DNA from: an uncultured Candidatus Rokubacteria bacterium
Lineage (GTDB): Bacteria > Methylomirabilota > Methylomirabilia > Rokubacteriales > CSP1-6
Assembly (NCBI GenBank): GCA_963754315.1
Contig: CAVWFS010000007.1
Coordinates: 480,001 to 544,000 of the forward strand
Reading direction: 5' to 3'
Length of the DNA: 64,000 nucleotides
Positions 48,597-57,797 of the stretch are shown piece after piece; the first letter of the stretch is position 1; each line of letters opens with the position of its first letter. The position numbers and the translations under genes were made by a program. The notes below the pieces were generated by a model. The model worked only from the letters and a program-made list of their open reading frames with translations, did not search any database and was not told where the DNA came from.

Positions 48597-49810
48597 CGGG
48601 CTGCCTGTTCGTTCTGGCGGTCGCCCTCGGCCCCGCGGCCGTGTTCGCCGCCGGGCCGGCGAGCGGCCCACGGATCGAGATGACTCATGCGGGTAAGGGA
48701 CACGAAGTCCACCTGTCGGCGCCGGCGGTGACTGTTGCACGCGACGGCCAAGCGCTGGTGGCGTGGATTGCCCAGCAGGGGCATACCAACAACGTCTATG
48801 TCGCCCGCCCCAGCCCGAACGGAGCGCGCCCCGTCCGCGTGAACCCGGAGGGACTCTCCGCGGAGTCCATGCACCAAGCGCCAGGAGTCGCGAGCGGATC
48901 CAAGGGGGAGATCTACGTCTCGTGGTCATCTGAGAAGCGAAAACCAGAGGGTGTGCTCTTCGCGTCCGATCTGCAGTTGTCGCGCTCCCTGGACGGAGGC
49001 CAACGCTTCGAGCGCCCGTTGCGGATCAACGACGATCGGCCGATCTCACACTCGTTCGATGGGTTGGCGGCAGGCGCCGACGGCACCGTGTACCTCGGCT
49101 GGATCGACGCCCGCGAAGGCGGGAACCAACCCCGAACCTTTCTCGCGCGGATCGGCGATCGAGGCAGCCGGGTCGACCACGTGGTCAAGCTCGACCCGGG
49201 AGAGACCTGCGTGTGTTGCCGGGTCGACGTGGCCGCGACGGATGGGCTTGTGGCCGTCCTGTGGAGGAAGGTCTTGCCTGGTGACATCCGTGACATGGTG
49301 CTCGGCCTCTCCCGAGACGGCGGCCGTTCGTTTGCTGGTCCGACCCTCGTCCACGCCGATGGTTGGAAAATTGCCGCCTGCCCGCACCGCGGTGGCCGCG
49401 CTGCCCTCGACGCGCGCGGCACGATCTACGTCGCCTGGTACACGGAGGGTCAAGACGAAACCCCCCGCGTCCTCTTCACGACCTCCACCGACGGGCGCGC
49501 TTTCGAGGCACCGCGCCCGATCACCGTGGCCGCCGGGGCCGTACCTGACCACGTTCGGTTGGCGGTCAATCATCAGGGCGCCATCGCGATCGTCTGGGAG
49601 GACTCGACGGCCGTTCGCCGTCGGATCAGGTTGCGCGTGTCCCTCGACGGGGGACGATCATTCAGCTCGCCTCAATCCCTCTCGACGGCCGTGAAGGCCT
49701 ACGCACCGGACGTGGCGGTGGCTCCGAACGGTGACTTCGTGGTCGTGTGGCACGAGGAGCATTTCCCTGGCATCAAGACGGTCGTCCAGTGGCTATCTGG
49801 CAGGCGCTAA
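48584..49810 (+). CDS. Exported BNR/sialidase-fold beta-propeller protein
   Basis: SLDGGQRF, SRDGGRSF and SLDGGRSF Asp-boxes, with CVCCR and CPHRG motifs. Confidence 0.8.
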   Translation: MAMVAGCLFVLAVALGPAAVFAAGPASGPRIEMTHAGKGHEVHLSAPAVTVARDGQALVAWIAQQGHTNNVYVARPSPNGARPVRVNPEGLSAESMHQAPGVASGSKGEIYVSWSSEKRKPEGVLFASDLQLSRSLDGGQRFERPLRINDDRPISHSFDGLAAGADGTVYLGWIDAREGGNQPRTFLARIGDRGSRVDHVVKLDPGETCVCCRVDVAATDGLVAVLWRKVLPGDIRDMVLGLSRDGGRSFAGPTLVHADGWKIAACPHRGGRAALDARGTIYVAWYTEGQDETPRVLFTTSTDGRAFEAPRPITVAAGAVPDHVRLAVNHQGAIAIVWEDSTAVRRRIRLRVSLDGGRSFSSPQSLSTAVKAYAPDVAVAPNGDFVVVWHEEHFPGIKTVVQWLSGRR

Positions 49811-49819
49811 AATGAACGT

Positions 49820-50323
49820 ATGCGCACGGCGGTCCTGATCGCGCTCGCTGTCGGGGGCGCTTCCCTGTTGACGATGTCGTCCAGCGCCGCCCAATCGGGA
49901 CCGACGCCGCGCGCGGCCCCCGCCTCGCGGGCGCCAGCGCCACATGGTGATCCCAAAGGTTGGAAGTTCACGCTGCCCAAGGGCGGGGATCCGGGCCGGG
50001 GGCGTGCCGCCTTCGAAAAGTTCGAGTGCTACACATGCCACGAGATCAAGGGCGAGACGTTCCCGGCTCCGATCAAGCGGGAACTTCTGGGACCTGATCT
50101 GACCTCGATGGGTCAGCATCACTCGGTTGGGTTTCTCGTCGAGTCGATCATGAACCCCAGCGGCCTCGTCGACCCCGGCCGGGGATACGCGGGACCAGAC
50201 GGCGCATCGAAGATGCCCTCCTTCAACGACTCGATGACCGTGCAGGAATTGGTTGACCTGGTGGCGTACTTGAAGACGCTGAGCCCACCGGCCCGCCCGA
50301 CACGGCGCGGACAGCATCATTAG
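49820..50323 (+). CDS. Monoheme c-type cytochrome (SoxX-like fold)
   Basis: GDPGRGR, CYTCH, GPDLT, ESIMNP, SKMP. Confidence 0.85.
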   Translation: MRTAVLIALAVGGASLLTMSSSAAQSGPTPRAAPASRAPAPHGDPKGWKFTLPKGGDPGRGRAAFEKFECYTCHEIKGETFPAPIKRELLGPDLTSMGQHHSVGFLVESIMNPSGLVDPGRGYAGPDGASKMPSFNDSMTVQELVDLVAYLKTLSPPARPTRRGQHH

Positions 50324-50543
50324 CCGGTTCGCCCCTCTGCTCTGGGTTCTTGTTCTCCTGCTCGTCGGTGTCGCCTGGGCTGACCACGGGGCCGGAGACC
50401 TTCGATCGCCAGCGAATCCGTGGTGGGAGGCTCTCGTGTGGGGAGTGATCGGGTTCCTGGTTGCTGTGACGGTGACCCTTGTCGTCATCCTCTTCACCCG
50501 ATCCCCCGCTCCACGCGATCCCGGCCGGCACTCGAGGTCGTGA
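50319..50543 (+). CDS. Small signal-peptide plus TM protein (no canonical start; not in ORF track)
   Basis: Open frame ISRFAPLLWVLVLLLVGVAWA-DHGAG...WWEALVWGVIGFLVAVTVTLVVILF*, overlapping both neighbours exactly. Confidence 0.5.
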   Translation: MSRFAPLLWVLVLLLVGVAWADHGAGDLRSPANPWWEALVWGVIGFLVAVTVTLVVILFTRSPAPRDPGRHSRS

Positions 50544-50923
50544 GAGGGCTGCTCATCCTGGTGCCGGTCCTGCTGCTGAGCGTCGGTCTGAGGCCGCCGC
50601 CCTGCGACGCACACGCCTCACTCGTCAGCTCGGTACCCGCGCAGCGATCGACGGTCACACACCCCCCGCGCCGTGTGGTGCTGACGTTCAACGAACGCCT
50701 GGAGCCGGCCTACACGCGGGTGTCGGTATGGGATGCGTCGGGCCAGCAGGTCGACTTGAAGGACGGCGCGGTCGACCTGGGCAATCCCAAGGTCGTCAAC
50801 GTGACACTGCCCCCCCTTCAGCCGGGACGTTACACGGTTCGCTATCGGGTGCTGTCCGTGGATGGCCACATCGTCGAGGCCAGCTTCGCATTCTCGGTCT
50901 CTCCGCCGGCACCTCGGAAGTGA
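50540..50923 (+). CDS. copC: Copper resistance protein CopC
   Basis: Mature N-terminus HASLVSSVP, LTFNE, GRYTVRYRVLSVDGH. Confidence 0.9.
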   Translation: MRGLLILVPVLLLSVGLRPPPCDAHASLVSSVPAQRSTVTHPPRRVVLTFNERLEPAYTRVSVWDASGQQVDLKDGAVDLGNPKVVNVTLPPLQPGRYTVRYRVLSVDGHIVEASFAFSVSPPAPRK

Positions 50924-50937
50924 CGAGAGGGTATCAG

Positions 50938-50966
50938 TTGCGAATCAATTGCAGTAGCCGTATCCT
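50938..50966 (+). promoter_or_regulatory. Sigma70 promoter overlapped by a Fur-family (Mur/Zur/Fur-like) operator
   Basis: TTGCGA-N17-TATCCT containing the imperfect 7-1-7 palindrome TGCGAAT-C-AATTGCA. Confidence 0.6.
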
Positions 50967-50976
50967 CCCCGCAACG

Positions 50977-51288
50977 ATGAAGCGGAACATCCCCCGCGTC
51001 GGCCTGTGGAGCGTCCTCTTCTTCGCCCTGTTCGCACTGCTCCTCCAGGGCGGATCGCTTCCCCATCAACACCGGACGGCCGAGCCCGGGCTCTTCAATC
51101 ACGATCACGATCTAGGGGTCCTGGCCACCGTGGCCGGAGCCCTGCTCCCCCTCGGCCAGGACGCGACACCGACGTGGACCGCCCTGGCGCCGCTTTCGAC
51201 GCCAACGCCCGCTCCGCGCGCGTTGGTGCCCAGTCCTCACCCCGATCCACGCGCCCCGCCGCTCGTAGAGTCCTCGCCGCAGTCCTGA
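50977..51288 (+). CDS. His-rich leader protein ending in RAPP (arrest-peptide candidate)
   Basis: Signal-like N-terminus, PHQH...NHDHD, Pro-rich linker, PDPRAPP. Confidence 0.7.
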   Translation: MKRNIPRVGLWSVLFFALFALLLQGGSLPHQHRTAEPGLFNHDHDLGVLATVAGALLPLGQDATPTWTALAPLSTPTPAPRALVPSPHPDPRAPPLVESSPQS

Positions 51289-51343
51289 GACCAGCTCCCA
51301 CCGGGAGCTGACGGTCCACCCTCATCTCAGTCGGAGGACTCTA
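51266..51343 (+). promoter_or_regulatory. Anti-Shine-Dalgarno hairpin (translational attenuator)
   Basis: TAGAGTCCTC (51266-51275) is the exact reverse complement of GAGGACTCTA (51334-51343, the SD plus the A of ATG). Inner stems are CTGAGA/TCTCAG and CAGCTCCC/GGGAGCTG. Confidence 0.7.
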
Positions 51344-52769
51344 TGCACACGTGGAAGGCATGGGTGCTTTTGCTGGGCGTTCCCCTGGCGGCCGGGCCGG
51401 CCTTCGCCCAGGATGCCGAGACGCTCCGCAAGGAACTCGATCAGATGAAGAAGCAGTTCGAGCAGCTGAAGGGTGAATACCAGAAGGCCATCGATCAGAT
51501 GTCCGAGCGGCTCAACCGAATAGAATCCAAGCCTCAACAGGCAACCACGCCGCCCGCGGCCCCGGCCGTTGCACAGGTGCCCCCGGCCTCGACCCAAGCC
51601 GCACCCTCGATGCCGTCCGTCGGCGACCTTCTGAGGCCGCGGGAGCCCTTCTCGCTCTATGGTGCCGGCGGCAAGGGTCAGCTCATGTTCGATGTGGGAG
51701 TGGTCGGCGACTTTATCGGTGACTTCAGCAACAAGAGCACGCCCCAATTCCAGCCGCTGGCCACCTTCCCTGGCCAGGCCCAGAGAGTCTTTGCCCGTGA
51801 GATCGAGATCGGGTTCTGGGGTGCCGTTGATCCCTACGCTCGTGCCTACGTCATCATCGAGGCGGGCGAGGAGTTCGATCCCACCAACCGCACCTCGGAG
51901 TTCGGCGTCGAGCTGGCGGAGGCGGCCGCCACCATCACCGCCCTGCCCTGGGGCTTCCAGGACAAGTTCGGCTTGATGCGCAACCGTTTCGGACTCCTGA
52001 ATCAGCTGCACGACCACGACCTGCCCCAACCCGACCGGCCGGCGGTGCTCGTGAACTTCTTCGGTCAGGAAGGTTTGACCGAAACCGGCAACGAGCTGAC
52101 CTGGGTCCCGAACCTGCCTTTCTACCTCGAGGGCCTCTTCGGCATCTTCAACGGCGATAACGAAGTCGCCTTCGGCAGCGCCAGCTTCCGCAGCCCACTA
52201 TTCACTGGGCGGTTCCGGACCTTCCTCGACTTCGGTGCCTTCGGCGCCTTCCAGCTCGGCGCCTCCGTGGCGGCGGGAACGACCAGCCAGAACCTCTCCG
52301 AGCACCATCTTCGACGCCGAGTCGAAGTACAAGCTGACCCCGGAAGGCTGGCGTCATCCTCTGCTCACGGTGGCGGGCGAATTCCTCCAGGCCTGGCGGA
52401 CGAACCTGGTCACCCAGACATCGATCGATCCGGAAACGGGCGACCTGATCGAGACCACGACGAAGCAGAAGACGTCTCCCGTGGGCTTCTACGTGTACGC
52501 CGAGGTGCAGCCCTTCAAGCGATGGCTGGGCGGCGTCCGCTACGACAACTCCGAGTATCTGCAGTTCGCGGGCCGTCAGTGGGCCGTCGAGCCCTACATC
52601 GCGTTTCAGCCGTCAGACTTCCTGCGCTTCCGCCTGGCGTACAAGTACACCCACTTCAACGCGCAGGCCTCCGCCAATCTGGGGGGGCCGGCCGGATGCG
52701 CAGAACCTCAGCGAGGTGCTGCTCCAGGCCACGTTCTTACTCGGTGCCCATCCATCGCATCCGTTCTAG
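51343..52769 (+). CDS. Outer-membrane beta-barrel/porin associated with metal ABC uptake (frameshifts near 52305 and 52690)
   Basis: Signal peptide, coiled coil, REIEIGFWGAVDPY, FGLLNQLHDHD, C-terminal GAHPSHPF. Confidence 0.72.
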
Positions 52770-52783
52770 GAGGGAGATCAGTC

Positions 52784-53700
52784 ATGCGACGTATGATCCG
52801 CATGATTCTCGCCAGCCTCGTTGCCCTCGGGCTCACGGCCGGGGGCGCGGCGGCGGCGAGCAAGGTCAAGGTGGTGGCCTCCTTGCCTGACTCTGAAGGC
52901 CCTCACGGAGGCGGTGGGCGGTGATCTCGTCGAGGTCGATAGTCTGGCCCGCGGAACCCAGAACCCCCACGACATCGAGGTGCGGCCTAGCCTGATGCTG
53001 AAGCTCCGCCGCGCCGACCTTCTCGTGCGTAACGGCGTGGGAGGCGACCCGTGGGTAGAGCCTCTCCTCATGGGCGGCCAAAACGCCCAGATCTTTCCGG
53101 GCGGCCCCGGCTACGTCGACGCCTCGGTCGGCATACGGATCCTGGCCCCTTCCGGCCCAGTCGACCGCTCGCGCGGAGACGTCCATCCCGAGGGTAATCC
53201 CCACTACACGATGGATCCCGCCAACGCGGCCCAGGTCACCCAGAACATCGTGGACGGCCTCAAGCGAGTGGCGCCACAGAGCGCGGCCGCCTTCGACGAG
53301 CAACGACGTGCCTTCCTGGCTCGACTCGACGAGCGACCTCGCTCGGTGGCAGAAGACGATGGATCCCGTTCGGGGAGCGCCGGTTGTCACCTACCATGAA
53401 ACCTTCAACTATTTTCTCAACCGCTTCGGCCTGAAGTTCGTGGGTGCGGTCGAAGATCGACCCGGCATCCCGCCGTCTCCCACCCACCTGGCTAGCCTCA
53501 TAAGGCAGATGAAGGATCAAGGGGTCAAGGTAGTGGTGGCCGATCCATGGTCCGATCGCAAGACGGCTGATCTCGTGGCGCGCGACAGCGGGGCTCGGGC
53601 GCTGGTGCTCCCGTCGGCCGTGGGCGGGGTGAAGGGGGTGGACACGTACACGCAGATGATCGACTACAACGTCAACGCCCTCGCTAGCGCCGCGAAGTAG
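52784..53700 (+). CDS. Zn/Mn ABC substrate-binding protein (frameshifts near 52890 and 53335)
   Basis: QNPHDIEVRPS, GDVHPEGNPHY, TYHETF, PGIPPSPTH. Confidence 0.82.
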
Positions 53701-53711
53701 GCGGGCGCCGC

Positions 53712-54608
53712 ATGGCCGACCTGCTGTCGCTGCTCTGGGCCCCATTCCTGATGTGCCTGGTCCTCACGGGGATCCATGCCTACCTTGGCATCCACGTGCT
53801 CGCCCGAGAGGTCGTCTTCGTCGACATCGCTCTCGCCCAGATCGCGGCCCTGGGGGCCACGGCCGCCTTTCTGGTCGGCTACGAGCTGGAATCAGCCATC
53901 TCGTACTTCTTCGGCCTCGGAGCTACCCTGGTCGGGGCCTTCGTGCTCGCTTGCACCCGCACGCGGGAGCGTCACGTGTCCCAGGAGGCTGTCATCGGCG
54001 TGGTCTACGCCGTCTCCTCAGCAGGCGCGGTGCTCCTCATGGCCAACGCACCGCACGGCGCCGAGCACTTGAGGTCCATGCTGGTGGGCAACATCATCAC
54101 CGTGAGCGGGCGCGAGGTGGCCCAGGTGGCCTTGCTCTACGCAGGCATCGGAGTCCTCCACTGGTTGTGCCGGCGCCCCTTCTTTCTGATCTCCACCGAT
54201 CCCGAGGCGGCCTTTCAGGAAGGCTGGCGGGTCCGCCTGTGGGATTTCATCTTTTACGCATCGTTCGGCTTAGTCGTCACGAGCTCCGTTCGCATTGCGG
54301 GGGTGCTGCTCGTCTTTGCCTACCTCATCGTTCCCGCCCTGGCCGGGACGACTCTGGGTTTCTCCGTCGGGAGTCGTCTTCTCATTGGCTGGGGGTTCGG
54401 TACACTGGTGAGCGTGGTGGGGATGGCAGCCTCGGCGACGTTCGATCTGCCGACCGGAGCCACCGTGGTCTGCGCTTTTGGCCTCACCCTGCTGGTAGGG
54501 TGGGTAATGGCGCGGATCTTCGGGTGGATGCCGCGCGGGGCTCGCCGGATGAGCGAGGAGGCATTCCGCAAGGATGGCCTGACCGAACGCGGGAGAGTCA
54601 AGCCATGA
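53712..54608 (+). CDS. Metal ABC transporter permease (ABC-3)
   Basis: HAYLGIHVLAREVVFVDIALAQIAALG, EAVIGVVY, GVLLVFAYLIVPA. Confidence 0.85.
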   Translation: MADLLSLLWAPFLMCLVLTGIHAYLGIHVLAREVVFVDIALAQIAALGATAAFLVGYELESAISYFFGLGATLVGAFVLACTRTRERHVSQEAVIGVVYAVSSAGAVLLMANAPHGAEHLRSMLVGNIITVSGREVAQVALLYAGIGVLHWLCRRPFFLISTDPEAAFQEGWRVRLWDFIFYASFGLVVTSSVRIAGVLLVFAYLIVPALAGTTLGFSVGSRLLIGWGFGTLVSVVGMAASATFDLPTGATVVCAFGLTLLVGWVMARIFGWMPRGARRMSEEAFRKDGLTERGRVKP

Positions 54609-55594
54609 AGCATTCAGCCTTCTCCCTGATCGCGGCGCTGATCCTGCTTGCCGCGTGCAACCAGTCACCAGAGAGCACGAGCGAGTCCAAGGTAGCCTCG
54701 ACGCCACCGCCACCGAAGCCCAAGCCCATCGTGGTTGCGAGCTTCTATCCGCTCTACGAGTTCAGCCGTCAGGTGGCGGGAGACCGGGCCGAGGTCCGGT
54801 CGATGGTGCCGCCCGGGGTGGAGCCCCACGACTGGGAACCGGCTCCCCAGGACGTGGCGCGCCTCGAGAAGGCGCAGGTCTTTGTCTACAACGGGGCTGG
54901 GTTTGAGCCGTGGGCCGACAAGCTGCTCGCCAACCTTGGTGGCAAGGGGCCCGTCGTCGCAGTCGCGACGACCGGGATCGAGTTGTTGCCGGCCGATCTG
55001 CCTGGTCACGATCACGGGCACGGTAAGGCCCCCAAGGACAAGAAACCCGCGAAGAGCGAGGCCGTCCTGCAGGATCCCCACGTCTGGCTCGACCCGATCC
55101 TCGCCCAGAGACAGGTCGAGAACATCCGGGCTGCGCTCGCCAAGGCTGATCCCGACAATGCCGAGCACTACGGCGCCCAGGCCAATGCCTTCACGGAGCG
55201 GCTGACGGTGCTCCATGACAGATTCGTACAGGGACTTGGCGACTGCGCCCGCCGGGAGATCATCGTCTCCCACGCCTCGTTCACCTACCCATCCAAGCGC
55301 TATCGCCTGAGCCAGATGCCGGTCATGGGACTCTCGCCCGAATCCGAGCCCAGTCCAGCCCAGCTGGCCCAGATCGTTCGCTTCGCTCGGCGCCACAAAG
55401 CGCAGTACATCTTCTTCGAGACCTTGATCAGCCCGAAGCTGGCCGAGACCTTGGCGCGCGAGGTGGGGGCAAAGACACTCGTCCTCAATCCTCTGGAGGG
55501 CCTCACCAAGGACGACGAAGCGGCGGGCAAGGGGTACGTCAGCATCATGGAGGACAATTTGCGGCACCTGCGGATCGCACTCGAATGCAAGTAG
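54605..55594 (+). CDS. znuA: ZnuA/AdcA-like metal-binding lipoprotein
   Basis: LAAC lipobox, EPHDWEP, His-rich loop, DPHVWLDP, SHASF, FFE, LNPLEG. Confidence 0.85.
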   Translation: MKHSAFSLIAALILLAACNQSPESTSESKVASTPPPPKPKPIVVASFYPLYEFSRQVAGDRAEVRSMVPPGVEPHDWEPAPQDVARLEKAQVFVYNGAGFEPWADKLLANLGGKGPVVAVATTGIELLPADLPGHDHGHGKAPKDKKPAKSEAVLQDPHVWLDPILAQRQVENIRAALAKADPDNAEHYGAQANAFTERLTVLHDRFVQGLGDCARREIIVSHASFTYPSKRYRLSQMPVMGLSPESEPSPAQLAQIVRFARRHKAQYIFFETLISPKLAETLAREVGAKTLVLNPLEGLTKDDEAAGKGYVSIMEDNLRHLRIALECK

Positions 55595-55616
55595 ACGCGA
55601 ACCACCCTTGGGCCCC

Positions 55617-56381
55617 ATGACGGTCAAGCTGCTCGAGGTCGATCACGTATCGGTCCAGTACGGGGACACCTTGGTCCTGGACGGCGTGAGCCTCGAGGTG
55701 TTCCGTGGCGAGTTTCTCGGGATCATCGGGCCCAACGGCTCGGGCAAGACGACCCTGCTCCGCGTGATGCTCGGCCTGCTCCGCCCCACGAGCGGTGAGG
55801 TACGACTCTTCGGGCAGCCCCTCGCGACCTTCCGAGACTGGCGTCGGCTCGGCTACATGCCCCAGCGGGCGTCGTTCGACGCCGCCCTCCCCGTGACTGC
55901 CGCCGAGGTCGTGGCGTCGGGCCTCATTCCCATTCTCGGCTGGGGGCGTCGGATCGGACCCGATGAGCGGAGGAAGGTGAACGAAAGCCTCGCCCTGGTC
56001 GGGATGGAGAAGCAGGCCGGCGCCCGCATCGGCGCCCTGTCCATGGGTCAGCAGCAGCGAGTCCTCATCGCTCGCGCGCTGGTCTCGAACCCGGAGCTGC
56101 TGCTGCTCGACGAGCCGACGGCGAGCATCGACGCCGACGCCCAGAGCAGCTTCTACACGCTCCTACGTTCCTTCAATCGCGAGCGCGGGGTGACTCTGGT
56201 CATCGTGAGCCATGACATCGGCGTGGTGGCCCACGAGGTCAGCCGGGTCGCATGCCTCAACCGCAACCTCCTCTTCTGCGGGCCCCCCGCCGACGTCCTG
56301 ACCCAGGAGGCGCTCAGCACCCTCTACGGCTCGTCGGTTCGCGTGGTGCCTCACCGGGATCCGTGCGCGCATGCTCCCTGA
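55617..56381 (+). CDS. znuC: Metal ABC transporter ATPase
   Basis: GPNGSGKTT, GYMPQ, LSMGQQQR, LLDEP, VSHD, CLNR. Confidence 0.87.
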   Translation: MTVKLLEVDHVSVQYGDTLVLDGVSLEVFRGEFLGIIGPNGSGKTTLLRVMLGLLRPTSGEVRLFGQPLATFRDWRRLGYMPQRASFDAALPVTAAEVVASGLIPILGWGRRIGPDERRKVNESLALVGMEKQAGARIGALSMGQQQRVLIARALVSNPELLLLDEPTASIDADAQSSFYTLLRSFNRERGVTLVIVSHDIGVVAHEVSRVACLNRNLLFCGPPADVLTQEALSTLYGSSVRVVPHRDPCAHAP

Positions 56382-57198
56382 GTTCCTCGAGTACGGCTTC
56401 ATGCAACGGGCCTTCGCGGTTGGCATCGTCACCGCGCTCATTTGCCCGGCCATTGGGGTCTTCCTCATCCCACGCCGCCTCTCGCTGATCGCGGACACGC
56501 TGGCCCACGTGGCTCTGGCTGGCGTCGCCCTTGGCCTGCTGCTTGGCCTCTCGCCCATTCTCGGGGCCCTCGTGGTCACCGTGGGCGGCGCCATCGGGAT
56601 CGAACGCCTGCGCGCCCGGGGAGCCCTGCACGGGGATGCCTCCCTGGCCGTCTTTCTGTCCGGCGGCTTCGCGGTGGCCGTGGTGCTGATCAGCCTGGCC
56701 CGGGGCTTCAACGCCGACCTCTTCGCAGTGCTCTTCGGCAGCATCCTCACGGTAAGCCCCCTCGACGTCGCGGTGGTGGGGACCCTCGGGGTGGCGGTGG
56801 CCGTGACCCTATTCGTGTTCTACCGCCAGCTCCTCGCCATCACCCTGAACGAAGATCTCGCGCGCACCGCCGGCGTGCCGGTGGCGGCCCTCAACCTGAT
56901 GCTCACCATGTTGACCGCCATCACCACCGTCGTGTCCATGCGCATGGTTGGGGTGCTCTTGGTGAGCGCCATGATCGTCATTCCCACCCTGACCGGGTTC
57001 ACCGTTGGTCGCAGTTTCCGGCAGGCGACCGGCGTCGCCATCGCGGCTGCCGTGCTCGCAGTCACGGTCGGCCTGATCGCCGCCTACTACTTGCGGCTGG
57101 CCGCCGGAGGCTCGGTCGTCCTCACGGCCCTACTGATTTTTGGCGGGACGACCTTGGCCAGTCGGACGGCGCCTCGCCGGCGCCCGATCGTGGCATGA
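56371..57198 (+). CDS. znuB: Metal ABC transporter permease
   Basis: FMQRAF, ADTLAHVALAG, LFGSIL, VGVLLVSAMIVIP. Confidence 0.87.
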   Translation: MLPEFLEYGFMQRAFAVGIVTALICPAIGVFLIPRRLSLIADTLAHVALAGVALGLLLGLSPILGALVVTVGGAIGIERLRARGALHGDASLAVFLSGGFAVAVVLISLARGFNADLFAVLFGSILTVSPLDVAVVGTLGVAVAVTLFVFYRQLLAITLNEDLARTAGVPVAALNLMLTMLTAITTVVSMRMVGVLLVSAMIVIPTLTGFTVGRSFRQATGVAIAAAVLAVTVGLIAAYYLRLAAGGSVVLTALLIFGGTTLASRTAPRRRPIVA

Positions 57199-57797
57199 CG
57201 GTCCCGCCGCTGGGCCGGCCCCGATGGAGGCGGAGGCTCTGGGCGGCGATCCTCGCCTTGGGGATCAGCCTCGTTCACTCGGCAGTCAGTGCCCATCCCC
57301 ACGTCTTTGTCGAGCACAGCATTACCGTTGTGGTGAACGTCGACGGGTTGGAAGGGTTCCGCTTTGCCTGGACGTTCGACGAAATGTTCAGCAGCATGAT
57401 CGTGCTGACCTTTGACGCGAACAAGGACAAGACCCTGTCGGCGCCCGAGGTAAAGACGATCGAGCAGAAGCATTTCGCCAACCTGAAGGACTTCAACTAC
57501 TTCGTCCATCTCCGCGTGAACGACAAACCGGTCGCGGTCCCGGGCTTCAAGGACTTCCACGTCAAGATGGCCGGCGGACAGGTCGTCTACGAGTTCACCA
57601 TTCCCATCAAGGCCACCGAAGGCACGCTCGAGGTAGCCGTTGACGATCCGACCTACTACTCGGCGTTCGCCCTGAGCGAGCGTTCCCCTGTCCAGGTTCA
57701 GTCCGCCAAGAACTACCGTGTCGATTGTCGGGTCGCCAAAGACGCGGGCGAGCTCAGCCAGATCGTCAAGTGCACCTTCAAGCGCCAAGGTCCCTGA
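57195..57797 (+). CDS. DUF1007 family exported protein
   Basis: Signal peptide, then HPHVF, WTFDEMFS, DPTYY. Confidence 0.85.
   Translation: MTVPPLGRPRWRRRLWAAILALGISLVHSAVSAHPHVFVEHSITVVVNVDGLEGFRFAWTFDEMFSSMIVLTFDANKDKTLSAPEVKTIEQKHFANLKDFNYFVHLRVNDKPVAVPGFKDFHVKMAGGQVVYEFTIPIKATEGTLEVAVDDPTYYSAFALSERSPVQVQSAKNYRVDCRVAKDAGELSQIVKCTFKRQGP

Noticed and set aside
49820..50323. soxX / sulfur oxidation
   Set aside because: Only the fold is similar; no soxA, soxY, soxZ or soxB genes are nearby.
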